Assembly: GCF_001194135.2 (NCBI RefSeq)
Contig: NC_068984.1
Location: 90,765,855-90,829,854, forward strand
Length of the DNA stretch: 64,000 bases
Direction: 5' to 3'
From: Octopus bimaculoides
Taxonomy: Eukaryota
Shown here: positions 39,085 to 54,486 of the stretch, one piece after another
Position numbering within the stretch: position 1 is the first letter of the stretch
How the letters are laid out: each line of letters opens with the position of its first letter
The notes under the pieces: model-generated
Databases searched by the model: none
What the model was told of the DNA's origin: nothing
The model's input: only the letters and a program-made list of their open reading frames with translations
Translations under genes and position numbers: made by a program

Positions 39085-40330
39085 TCAACTCAATATTAAG
39101 AATGACTTTTGCTCGCTAATGAGCAGGAAATAGAGATGATTGTTTTGCCCAGCTGATCTGCAGCTTTTACCATGGCTATTACACAAGCATGTGTCTTTTC
39201 AGCCCACCAACAGAAAGGCAATATTTATTGCATGACTGGCAGACAGAATGTTTTTTCAAGTGGCAAAGATTTCTGAGTTTGTTTCCATTCCTGCACCTGA
39301 GATAGACAAACTTAGCTACGTGTTGAACATTTGAAGGAATTATTATTTATAAGGTTTCCTTTTCTTGCATCTTTTGTTTTAATTTTGCATGTTTAATGCA
39401 ATTATCTTCAAAACATATTCAGTAAATTTTTCTCCGTGATGTTCTGTCCAGTGCAGTAGTTTCTCAATTTCCCTTCTTCAAATCCAAAATATGGAAGTCC
39501 TTGTATCTTCAGTTTCTAAGGATATCTTTTCCTTGAACATAGTATTCCATAAAGGAGACACTTTTGAAATTCTTCCATCTTCCATACAAATTAAATGACA
39601 TGCTCACTTCAGTCTGTTATATTGCAAGAGAGCTTTAATGCTGGCAACATTTGCTATCTTCATTCACATAATCTCTACAAGTTGTATGCAGAATTTGTTA
39701 AAGACATTTTTACTGAAAATACTTCAACTGATTAATATGTTTCAAATATAATGCCTGTGTCTTATAGCCACACTATAAAACAAAATGTGTGTTTGGAAGG
39801 TAGATGTCATTTTATATATATTATCAAATTCTGTTTGTGATGTTGTCCTCAAGATTCACATCCCAGATTCATATTCTGTCAAGATACTTGAAGCAAGATA
39901 CAGTTTTCCAAGCTGTGCAATACATTATTGGATTAGGATTCATACAAGGGTTTCTAAAGCATGGCTGATACAAAAATAAGTTTTATTAAGGTTTATTGCT
40001 AGATTGAACATGTTTCATGACAATGAAATTTTGTCCATCAGACTTTTCATTGTGTATGCCAACACACAATGGGTCTCTTATTAGTGACAAAGGAGTGAGT
40101 GATTTAGAATTAAGCTATTTGAGGTTAAATAATTTACCGGTTGCACAGAAGCATATTTAAATACCACAGAGCAGTCACTGGAATTGATTGAAAAAAAATA
40201 TTATGAAATTTTATCACCCTGCTCTGTTATCACAACTGATTAAAAAAATAGCATTCTTTACTAATTACAATACATGCTCTCTTTATCATCATTATAGGAC
40301 TATATGACATTAGTGAATTTATCAGAAAAA
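39085..40330 (-). mobile_element. degenerate RTE/RTE-X LINE 3' part with terminal Zn-finger
   Basis: Remnants RLK*ACHLICMEDGRISKV and CQSCNKYCLSVGGLKRHM. Confidence 0.7.
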
Positions 40331-40424
40331 CCAACTTTCTGAGAAATACTCATAATACACCAATGATGTCAATGAAGTAGTGATAAAAGTCACTCAATGC
40401 ATTTTTCTTGTTGATTGTGTGCGT

Positions 40425-40460
<36 letters not shown>

Positions 40461-43129
40461 GAAATGACATATACACTCACACAAATACACACACACACAC
40501 ACACATGGCTCAGTGGTTAGAACATTGGGCTTACAATCATGAGGTTGTGAGTTTGATTCCCAGACCAGGTTGTGTCTTGTCCTTGAGCAAGAATTTATTT
40601 CATGTTGTTCCAGTTCATTCAGCAGCAGAAATGAGTTGTGATGTCACTGACGCCAAGCTTATCATCTTCCCACAGATTATGTAGATAATGCAGCATCCTA
40701 TTTTTCCCTTAATTTGAGCCAGAATACTTTTATTCTCAAGAGCTTTTCTCTTTCTAAGTTTATGCAAAGTAACTCTGACTTCATTCTAACAAGGTGGATT
40801 ATCAAGTAAGTGTTTACTGGTACTTATGGAATAAGTTCTAATAAAGAACAATCAATGTTTGATGAACAATTTAGTGGATCACTCAAATATTGTTACCTTG
40901 AGTGAAAGATTTCATTTGAATCTTTACTAAGAATTTTTCCCCTCTCGAAGGATCTTTGTCTTGTTACCTGGTGACTCTGCTGGTGCCATGTAAAAACCAT
41001 CCAGTTCATACTGTAAAGTGGTTGGTATTTAGAAAGGTATCCAGCTCCAAAAACCATGCCAAAGCAGAATTCACTGGTGCCACTTAAAAAGCACCCAGCC
41101 CACTCTGTAAGCTGGTTGGCATTAGGAAGGGCACCCAGCCATAAAAACAATACCAAAATAGATAGTGAACCTTGCTGCAGTCTTGTGGCTTGCCAGCTCC
41201 TGTCAAATCATCAAACCCATGCCAGCTGATGATGATGATGATGACAGGCTTCATGGGAACAAAAGAAATTAGTATTCACTTTGTCATATACTTTTTACAT
41301 ATCACAAGCATATTCAACCCACCACTTACCCTTATGCCTCTGACCTCCTGATTCTTTGGCTTAACACACATGTAGGTCTCCTCGTACACATAAGCTTTGT
41401 ATATACTCATTATTTTCAAAAAGTCTATGCTTTGGGTTTTAGTAATCCTCAATGTTTCTATTGAAATTCTATAAATTTCCTAAACTGTGTCAGGCAGATT
41501 TGTCTTTTAGCTTGATAATAATAAGCCTTTTTAGGCATTGAAAACTCTGCTTTCTGAAGTTGAACAGTATGTTGGACTTCAGTTTGGTTTGTACAAGACT
41601 GCAATTCACACAAATATAGATACATATACATATGATGAACTCTCCTGTGAAAGACAATGTATGAGTGTTCAGTTTTTGCTGAATGACCAGCACAAATGAT
41701 TTGTTTATAGTACATTAGCTGTACATTAGCTGTACATTAGCTCATTCCCTCAATCAACACTGCCTGTACAAGTGCACAAGTGTGCCAGACATCAGATGTT
41801 GAAATGATCACAGAGCAATGTGAAATGAAGTGTTTTGCTCAAGAACACATGCTGCTTGGCCCAGGAATTAAATCCACCATCTGATGATTGTGAATGCAAT
41901 GCCCAAACCACAAGGCCACGTGCCTTCACACATATACAAATAAACCTCTGTATCTAGCTTTTGACAACATGGAGAAAACCTTTGACAGGTTCCCTTGCTC
42001 CCTTATCTGGTGGTCAATGGAGAAGACATTGGATAAAGTGGTGAGAAAAGGTCTTTGGATGCTGGGCCTCATGGAGGAAATGACAAGGGACTGGGAGATG
42101 TGGCGATTTGCTGTACTTGATAAGACATGTCAAGCTTAGTAAAAACACTGTCTTCCACACATACAGGCTTGTCCTTCAGGTACTGATGCCATATAAAAAG
42201 CACTTGTGCTGGTGCTGTGTAAATACACCTGTGCCAGTGCTGTGTAAGTGTACCCATGCTGGTGGTACGTAAAAAGCATGCAAGCACACACTGTTAAGTG
42301 GCTGGCATTAAGGAGGGCATCCAGCTGTAGAAACCATGCCACAACAGACAACAGGAATCTGGACAGCTCCCAGCTGGCCAGCTCAATGTCAAACCATCCA
42401 AACCATGCCAGCATGGAAAGAGGACATTAAATGATGATGATTATATATATATATATAATCAAATTATATTATTTCTTCTTATCCTGTTTTTCATTGATGC
42501 ACACCAAGCTTAGACTAACATAAAAATTGCTGACCTGGTACATATTGACTGTTCAACTGAATATCACAGATACATTTATCTCAGGAGAATAAATGTTCTA
42601 AATGATATCATATATAAATACACACACACACACACACAGATATACATTCACATATGTATATATTCACATATATACACAATCATATATGCTGACAGAGAAA
42701 CATGCACAGGAAACAATCATTCATGCATATGATGAGACACATAAGTGCTTACAAACAAAAAGACACATCTTTGACATATACAAACATATTTGTATAAATT
42801 TACAATGTAATCGACTAGTAACCTCTCCACAAATTTTAAGCTTTGTGCCTATAGCAGAAAGGATTATTATTATTGTTGTTGTTGCTATTATTATTTCTAT
42901 TAGAGGTTGATGTAATCAGCTAAGCCCCCACCTACAATTACTGGCCTTGTGTCAAATTTGAAAGACTGATTATTATTATTATTATTAAGTGGTGACTTAG
43001 CAGAATCATTAGCATGTTGGACAAAATGTTTAGGGGCATTTCTTCCAATTTTTTAATGTTCAGCCCACAAAAACCACTGACTTTGTGCCAACATTAGAAA
43101 GAATTATCATCATCAGCCTTAAAAGGTCA

Positions 43130-44270
43130 ATAGCAGATGTTAATGGGTTTATCTTCACCGTTCCAGCTATTATTACAGGATATTTTTGCCACTAGGTAAG
43201 TGTTAATACTTCCATCTAGGTTAGGGTGCTTTTATAGGAAAGAGAGTCAGTCTCATTTTTAGTACAGAAGTTTTGCTTGATGCATGTGTTAATTTATGAG
43301 ATGTTTAAAAGTTAGTGTTATTGGATAAGTCTGGTGTTGTTGAATACAAGAATTTTACCAAGTACCTATAAAAGTGACTGTGGTATTTATGGTTAGAAGG
43401 AAAGTTTTTGTTTAGAATATAAAATACCAGAGTTATTAGTAGCAATGCTTTTTCTATAAGGTATTGTCTACCAGGTTACATTTCTTATCCTGTTTTTTTT
43501 CTTCTTTTTCTTTTTTATGTTTCACTAAGGTGTTTGATTTGATTTAGAGAATTTACTATTTTATTGTTTCCTATAGGTCTAAGTGAGTTTTTGATTTTGG
43601 AATTAGGACAAGTAGGATTTTCACAAAATATACTGTTATTGTATACTCTACATTTTGGGTTTCCTGTGATTTTAGAATGTTGTAGGTATGAAAAATATTA
43701 GAATTTCCCACATTTTAATTTTTATATGCAGAATTATTTAGAAGGCTATAATGTTTAATGTATCCGTTATGTTATTTGTGCCTTGAGATGTCTGTGTTAG
43801 CTTTAGTTTGCATACCAACTACTCGAACTTCATCTGAGTTTTAGGGATTACTATCTTTCTGTTTATCTGATATGTAAGTTTGATTTTTAGGATCAGCTGT
43901 CGGTCTAGGTTTAGTCCTATACATAGTTTTTAATTTATGTTCTATGTTGTTTCCATTTATTGGATGTAGAATGACAGGATTAGAATGAATCTTGCAACTA
44001 TTTTTCCTTCTATGGAAATTATCACTCCTAATAGTATGGTAACCATGTTCATCCAGAAGAATGTAGCACATATTAAGTTGTCTCATAATATTCAGTGTTG
44101 TTACTGAAAATTTATTTGCTGATAATTTAGAAATTCTAAGGAAAATACTCCAAACTAGATCATCTATAAAAGATCTTAGCTGCTTAGATAATTGACGTAT
44201 GTAGTATAACACTGAAACCTGGATTTTATAAAAGATACTATAACAATACACAAATGGAAATGCACATGGA
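43130..44270 (-). mobile_element. probable decayed Penelope-like element (N-terminus and start of RT)
   Basis: ORF 43841..44251 plus remnants NPKCRV, SKIKNSLRPI and YLVKFLYSTTP, which resemble the Penelope KIHK..LRPI and FDV..LYTNIP motifs. Many stops. Confidence 0.4.
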
Positions 44271-44879
44271 GTCCTAAATACTGATTATTTGTCACACAAT
44301 TTGAGGTTTAAATTGCACAGCAATGACTATATAAAAATATTCATAATATTTAAAACTGCATGTGTATTTTCTGTTTGTGCAAGGTGCAGGAGTGGCTGTG
44401 TGGTAAGTAGCTTGCTTACCAACCATATGGTTCCAGGTTCAGTCCCACTGTATGACATCTTGGGCAAGTGTCTTCTACTATAGCCTCAGGCCAACCAAAA
44501 CCTTGTGAGTGGATTTGGTAGACACAGAAACTGAAAGAAGCCCATTATGTGTGNNNNNNNNNNNNNNNNNNNNNNNNNNNNNNNNNNNNNNNNNNNNNNN
44601 NNNNNNNNNNNNNNNATATATATAATGATAATAATATTAGGGATAAAAATCCAAATTTACAGGTAAAAACTCAATTAAGTTCAATTTATCAAAAATTAAA
44701 ATTAAATTAAGTTTCACAGTATATAATATATATATATTTATAATTTAGAGAAAAGAACCAAAGTTCATGAAAATCCACACTTAAAAATTTTCAGTGGTAA
44801 CAATGGTTATATATATGCACACACAGACACATTATGCTGATTGCTCCATCTTGTCAGAAACGTGTCATCCATTCACTGA

Positions 44880-45480
44880 ACCCTGTACAAACACTTGTAG
44901 GCAGGTGGCTCTTCAGCTCAGTTTCCCGTCTGCCAGTACATTCATAGATGCAACACTTGAACTGTCTGTCTTCTGGCATCACTGGCTGAGTTCAGACTTC
45001 CTGTATTTTACCATGCCTAATCAGGCTGCCAGCTGACTTGCAAATTAATCCACACTCTTTACAAATGTGCTGCAAATGACATAGCAGCAAAACCATCTCA
45101 CAAGCTGCTTGATTTCTCCCTGATTCATTTAAGTTTAGGTGGTCAAGTAATACAGCTGTTGAGAGAAGAAATCGTTGACACAAACTGTACTTCAATTCCA
45201 GCTGGATTCCTACCTGAGTTTTGCTTACTGAGTAATTTTAAAGCTTTGGATATAGATGCGGATAACTGAGAAGCATCTGAAATTGTCTTATATAGCATCC
45301 TGAACTTGCTTCCTTGGTTTATGGAGTGGCATTTTACCTCTGGTCAGCTCCTGTTTAAGCATCATTCCATCCTCCATTCTGACAACATGACCAGCCCAAC
45401 ACATCCAATTCAAAATTATTCTTTACTCGAAATTGGTGAAGCTCACTTAAGTATAAGAGCATCAGGTGTGTAAGAGGACC
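44880..45480 (-). mobile_element. RTE/RTE-X LINE 3' end
   Basis: ICKECGLICKSAGSLIRH Zn-finger and the preceding WAGHVVRMEDGM region. Confidence 0.7.
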
Positions 45481-45925
45481 ATTTGATGCTCAGAATGTGT
45501 TGGATACACTACCAATGTAAATAGACACAAACACACACACAATATATACATGCTGTGGGCATAGTTGTGTGCTTAAGTCTGCTTTGCAACCACATGGTTT
45601 TGCATTCAGTCCCACCATGCATCTTCGGCCAATGTCTTCTACTATAACTCCAGGCTGGCCAAAGCCTTGAGAGTGAATTTGGTAGACAGAATCTGGCCCA
45701 CACAAGCTTGCAAATGCAAACATTAAAATAATGATGATGTGAATATGATGACTATATGTACATATATATTTGTACACACATCACACATTTTATTAAATCT
45801 GGAAAAATTTTCACAAACTGTCATTCAGAATTTCACATTACCATTTGTTGGACAGATGTGAACAAATTCTTTTATTCTTTTGTTTCAGTCATTTGACTGC
45901 GGCCATGCTGGAGCACTACCTTTAT

Positions 45926-45967
<42 letters not shown>

Positions 45968-46496
45968 TTAGATCCACTTTTCACTGCTAGAATGTGAGAA
46001 TAAGATTGTTGTAAAATTTCCAGTTATGAACAAATAGGAAAGTCTTTTATAAACAATGCTGAAGAAAATAATTGTAACTTTCAATCTATATCTCACATAA
46101 ACTTCACAGTGCAAGAATACAAGTTCACAAAATTAGTACTAATAAAGATGTTTCCTTTTTATTTATAAAGTGACAGCAGCTACTGAAATATCATTGTATA
46201 TAGAATCAGTAATAAGATGAAATATTACTTTGAAAGAAAATGACATTTATTTCATTACGACTTTCTTTAAAACATTTCAAAGAACAAGTAAAAATTATAC
46301 ACAGGTAAAATCAAATTAAATAAGAGTTATTCATATTAGAAAGGAAAATAAAATTATAATGACAAATTAATGAATAGAACTTGCAAAAAGCATATTCTGA
46401 AATTATGACAATATCTCCGTGGAAGCAGACACACATACATACACACACACACAAAACTGAAAGCAAAACAATCTTTTGATGTAAAGTTAATAATTA

Positions 46497-46604
<108 letters not shown>

Positions 46605-46981
46605 CTATATATAAATTACCAAATGAATTATATCACCAGAGAACTTTTATTCATTTAGAAACATCAACATATATATGCATAAAAAGCCTATGATGCTACC
46701 AATCAAAAATAAACTATATTTGTTAATTTGATAAATTTTTCCTATCCAACTTTATACTAATTTGAATATTTGTCTCAATAAACCAAAATATTTTCAACAT
46801 AAATTTACTAAATAATTCATTCAAATGAAAGAATGGTATTTTGTTTTCAGAAAAGAGAAAAAAAATTCATAGAAAAAGATTTGTTTCACAAAGGGCTGGT
46901 AAGATGAATCATATTTATACTCATTTAATATTAAGTAGCTCAAAGGTTCACATTTTAAGTTAAAAGAATTGACAAACTTAC

Positions 46982-47023
46982 CATAATAACAGGTTCTAAC
47001 CGTGCAACTAAATCTTGGTAAGA
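46982..47023 (-). CDS. PFKFB: PFKFB short coding exon
   Basis: ttttcag|TCT...ATT ATG|gtaag. SYQDLVARLEPVIM. 42 nt. Confidence 0.96.
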
Positions 47024-47809
47024 CTGAAAATAAAATTGAAATGATTGGTAAACCATTAGCTTAATTCCAAAAAGAAGCTATAAGGAAGATTATTATTAAA
47101 ATATTGATTTATTTTGCAAACATACAAAATCAAATAGTACTTGCCCGAAAGTGAGAAATTTAAAGCACAGGTAAAATTTATCTCAGAACTTAAAAGAATA
47201 GAACAATACTTCTATAGCAAGATGGCTTTTCTTTTTTTTTTTTTTTTTACCAGCTTACAATCCTGGATAATGTGACCTTATTGATAACAATAATATTGAC
47301 AGCATATGTATGCAAAATATAGAAGAGCAAAAGAACAGACAAAGGAAAGTTGTGACAGTCAAGCTTTCTGCATAAACATTATCAAGGTATTGTCCAATTT
47401 TAATGCTATCAATAAATAGTTGCATTTCATCATCTGGGTTGAAAAGGTGACTGTGACCTTAAAACAAGTCATTTTTAGGTCAAAGATTATAAAAAGGTTG
47501 AAACCAGTCTGTGCTTCATTAATATCATCATGTTATGCCTGGTTTCTATATACATGTGTAGCAATAACTCCTGAAACATGTATATACCCCTGTTACCTAT
47601 TTTTCTATATTTGGCTTCATTCTTTACATAGACATATTCATATATGAAATGTCACAACTTTCAGTGCTAGCTCTAAATTCTATAGAAAATCTGCAGAGAT
47701 AAATTGAAAAATGAAAGCAGTGAACCCTAACACAAAATATGACACAGTATTGACTTATAAACCTTCAATACACTTGGTAGTATATTATGGTTGCAAAACA
47801 ACATACGGT

Positions 47810-50553
<2,744 letters not shown>

Positions 50554-50995
50554 CTATAAATAACAGAAAAAGTATCTTGAATATGTTGGTGCATGAGACA
50601 ACTTAGATATAACATGAAAACAAAAACAAACAAAAATTTCGAAATCCTTATTTTATACCAGTTTTGCCTTATAAAAACAAATTTCATATTACCCCTACAG
50701 TTTCTTACAGATTATCTTCATCTTAATCCTAGCTTTCAAGATTTTTGAGATTTAGACACTGAAGCTTGAATTATATCAATAAAATGGCATACCATTCGTA
50801 AACCATCATTTAAAAAATATCTTGTTAAATGCTGCCTTATTTAATGGAATAACGAATTTTGTAATAATGTGAAGGAACATTATATATAATTATACAAAAG
50901 TTTTGATTAATTTTATAGATTTCAAATTAGTCTACGGTGAAATTTGAAACCATAACATAAATAAATAAAAGTAAAATTAAAAATATAAGACTTAC

Positions 50996-51142
50996 AGCAT
51001 CAATTTCATTTAAAGTTTTCCAGTGCTCTGTAGGACTATCAATATACTGAGCAGTTTGCTTTGTCCTTTTCATTTCACTTGTCCATACCTTAAGATCTTG
51101 GATATTTTCATTCTTCACAAACTCAGATAATGATCTAGCATA
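50996..51142 (-). CDS. PFKFB: PFKFB coding exon (bisphosphatase domain)
   Basis: cag|TAT...GAT GCT|gtaag. YARSLSEFVKNENIQDLKVWTSEMKRTKQTAQYIDSPTEHWKTLNEIDA. 147 nt; overlaps ORF 50927..51118. Confidence 0.97.
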
Positions 51143-51730
51143 CTGAAAGTAAATAAATCAACAGGTTTAGTAAATGAGAAACTTTTTTAAAAGCCACAAA
51201 AACTAACAGTATAATGCTAAATGTTTTTCTTAGCAGAGAAGGTCTAATAAAACCAAAATATAATATCAGGTGTTATCAGATTTAACAAAGATCAGACTCA
51301 CTCCCTATTGCATGTTCTCCATTCAATCTTTAATCAATTTAAATTTCAGTTGCCTTCTTTGCTTTCATAGGAATTAAAGAAAGATAATTCCTTATTGCTA
51401 ATGACTGGTCATTATGTTTTATTTCAGTTGGTTAAAAATCCTTTTCAGCTCACTAAGTTAGTTTGCACATAACTAACTTAGTATACAGGATCAAATCTCA
51501 GGACTGTAATAATCCGTATTAAAAATATGTCTAAAATTACTTTTACACTCATCTCGCCACATAACTTTTGAAGTAACTAAGAAATAAAGTTCTAGAAGTT
51601 GAAATAACTCAAGGCTATTATATTACGTAATACTGCAAGTCATATTTAATCATAATTTAAAATTAACACAACAAATTCAGTCTTGTTAATGTAGCCTCAT
51701 TCAAATAGCTTTGGAAGCAATTCTTCAAAC

Positions 51731-51802
51731 CTGCCATCCACGGTCAGAGAGATCACTATCACCACCAATCTTCCCTTCCAGATTCATCAAACTTTCTCCA
51801 TG
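51731..51802 (-). CDS. PFKFB: PFKFB coding exon with the catalytic phospho-His of the RHG motif
   Basis: cag|CAT GGA GAA...TGG CAG|gtttg. HGESLMNLEGKIGGDSDLSDRGWQ. 72 nt. Confidence 0.97.
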
Positions 51803-52251
51803 CTGAAAAACGAAATAAAAATAAAAGTTTAAAATAATTTCCATTTTATTTTAATATAATTTTTCCACAACAGGATTAATTAAGCAAAGATTGTTTGCCA
51901 ACATAACATGGCAGTCATGGGTTAGGACGAATGTTGCTGTAATTTAGCCCCAAGAGACATTGTCTCCAGCTGGCTATATAACACAATCTGTGTCCTTATA
52001 GACGCAGATTTTGTTATATAGCCAGCTGGAGACGATGTCTCCTGGTGCTAAATTACAGCAACATTTGTCCTAAACCAGGACTGCCATGTTATGTTGGCAA
52101 ACAATCTTTACTACAAAGTACTGTTGCTGAATATCTCTCGTTGTGAGATTTAAAAATAGTAATTTTCTAATTTATAGATCAATGACTAGTTGTCACTTTG
52201 AAGACTATATATTTTGAACGAGAATTTGGCAGTGCCACCTCAAGCCGAACA

Positions 52252-54020
52252 ACATCTTTTGTTGTTTTTAGAAAAACTAGCCGAATTTTTTGCGCGAGGC
52301 CACCATTGTTGGGTGGTAGTGAATAAGTGAGAAAAATGAGAAGTTATGCAGAAGCTACTGGAGGTCAAGTTCCTCTACACCCATGTATGCTGAAACGGGA
52401 GATGTTGTAGTGGAATGGAGAGCTGATAAAGAAATATAGTAGTATGGTAGAGAAGGAAAGGTCAAATATAAAAATGACCCTGCCAGAGGAGGAAAAAGTG
52501 AAAATGGGAAAGTAGACGGTCATATTCAGAACATCTTTGAATAAAAATAGAAGAATTCAACACATTCCCCAGGAAGAAATAGAAGAAATTTTGGAAGAAC
52601 ATATAGGAGACAGCATAGTGTTCTTTATGAGAGGAAAGAGATATGCATCTATAGTGGTAACCTTTATATCAGAAGAGGAGGTGGAAAAAAACCTCCAACA
52701 GAATGATACAGGGAGAAAAATGGACTTTGATGCCAAACTGTTTGGACAAAAGAATTGTCAGAATTAGGGTGGGAAGAATCCTACTGTGGATAGATCCAGA
52801 GTGGATAATAGCCACAATTTTTTATTCAGAGATAAGGAAGTAAAGCGAAGACGTGAAGATGGGCATGATAAGCTGAACCCAACAAGTGAAGTTGTGGGGC
52901 TACAGATTAGAGATAATTTGTGCAGTGAGCCCAAAATATAACAACGAAATACCTGAAACTTTAGAGCTACCAAATGAAGAAAAGCTGAAGATAATGTTGG
53001 AGGGGAGACCCCCAAAGTGTTACGAATGTGGTGAAAGAAGGCACTTGAGAAAGAAATGCCCTAGAGCAGCAGTGGAAATTGTAGAGGAGAGTATTCAGGA
53101 GAATATAATGGTGGAGAAACAGTAGAAACAGATAACAGAACAAGACAGGAATTTTGTGGGGGGTGAAAGCAAGAAAAAGAGAGAGGAGGAAGTCACCAAC
53201 AATAGTGGAATTGAAGAAGTACAAAGCAATGGAAGAGGTAATCCAACCTACGATGAGAAACGGGGAAGATTTACCAGTAGGATCACCAGTAAAGGACTTG
53301 CAAGTACATAAACATTCAAACCCAGAGACACACAATCGCACAGATATGCAAAAGCACAGAAGTGTAGATAAACAGAAACAAGATAACTCAGAATTACGGA
53401 AACCTAAAAACAGACGAAACACAGAGAATTAGAGGCAAATGAACACGCAGACACAATTACAAGAATTACAGAAATACAGAGACAGAAAACAAACACACAA
53501 GACACAAACAGAAGTAAGGTTTTTAATGAAATAGGACACCGAAAAGTTAAAAGAGTTTCAAAAGTGAAAGACATTATGAAAGAGTTCATATGTGAGGCTC
53601 AACATCCACTGGGTGGATGTTGAACCTCGCACCTCTGTGGTGAATTATGTGGATAAAAAGGAGAAGATGAAATGGTAAGTCGTGATTTATTTTAAAGACT
53701 GTGAAAGACATTTTGTTAAACTTTTTGTTTAAAAAAAAAAGAAGGAAAATAAGTAAATCCTGTAACTATTGAATGAACATTTGTTTAAAATGTTTTACAA
53801 TTGTAAAGTGAAAACGAAAAGGGAAGTCGCGGTTTTGCCTCGCAGCGGGGCTGGAAATTGTTATTTAAAATGTAAAGTTTTAAAGGAAAAAGGAATTTAC
53901 GGTTTCATCTCGGAGCACGATTTAATTCATTTTACATTCATCCTTTCATGTGTTTTTTGTTCCCACATGTCTGTGTATGTTCCCTCTGTGTTTAGGCATT
54001 GTGCCTGTAATAAAGAATAA
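52252..54020 (+). mobile_element. L1/Tx1-type non-LTR element retaining a decayed ORF1 (gag-like, CCHC knuckle) and a 3'UTR; ORF2 deleted
   Basis: MRSYAEA start at 52336; ...MLEGRPPKCYECGERRHLRKKCP; T-rich 3'UTR ending aataaagaataa. Flanked by acctc(a/t)agccgaaca at 52237-52251 and 54021-54035. Confidence 0.75.
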
Positions 54021-54037
54021 ACCTCTAGCCGAACAGT

Positions 54038-54077
54038 TATTGTGCTGATGAAGGGAAATAACCTGGAAATCACAATA
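54038..54077 (+). ncRNA. degenerate or ultra-minimal hammerhead motif
   Basis: TATTGTG-CTGATGA-AGGG aaataa CCTG-GAAA-T-CACAATA. Stem I and the core are present, stem III is essentially absent, and the stem II loop is the same as in the 16.9-kb copy. Confidence 0.6.
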
Positions 54078-54412
54078 CACAGATATTGTTTTGAGCTGAG
54101 TGGGGGTGCTAGATTCCCTTGTTCGAAAATATAAGGACACAGATCGTGTTGTATAGCCAGCAGGAGACGATGTCTCCTAGGGCTAAATTACAGCAACATT
54201 CATCCTAAACCAGGACTGCCATGTTATGTTGGCAAACAATCTTTACTACAAAGTACTGTTGCTGAATATCTCTTGTTGTGAGATTTAAAAATAGTAATTT
54301 TCTAGGATTAATTAAGCATAATATTCTGATACGAAATAATATATTGGAATCATTGACCAAGATATTTGCATATCATTTTAGCATTAAGGACAAGAAGATT
54401 ATATTTACAAAC

Positions 54413-54486
54413 CCTAGTGAGGTAAATTGTTCTTGGAAGGACATGAATATTCATGAGGTAGTATACAACACGGCTTTGAAGATGTC
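54413..54486 (-). CDS. PFKFB: PFKFB coding exon (kinase/bisphosphatase junction)
   Basis: cag|GA CAT...ACT AGG|gtttg. (G)HLQSRVVYYLMNIHVLPRTIYLTR. 74 nt; phase fits both neighbouring exons. Confidence 0.97.

Larger units (their letters stand above)
51887..54303 (+). mobile_element. composite insertion: hammerhead repeat with inverted 5' arm, carrying a nested L1/Tx1-type element
   Basis: 15-bp TSD aggattaattaagca (51872-51886 and 54304-54318). 104-nt inverted arms 51887-51990 and 52005-52108. 164-nt direct repeats 52005-52168 and 54140-54303. Confidence 0.85.

Noticed and set aside
47547-47586. tatatacatg..gcaataactcctGAAAcatgtatata hairpin resembling a hammerhead
   Set aside because: The CUGANGA core is absent; at most a dead relic.
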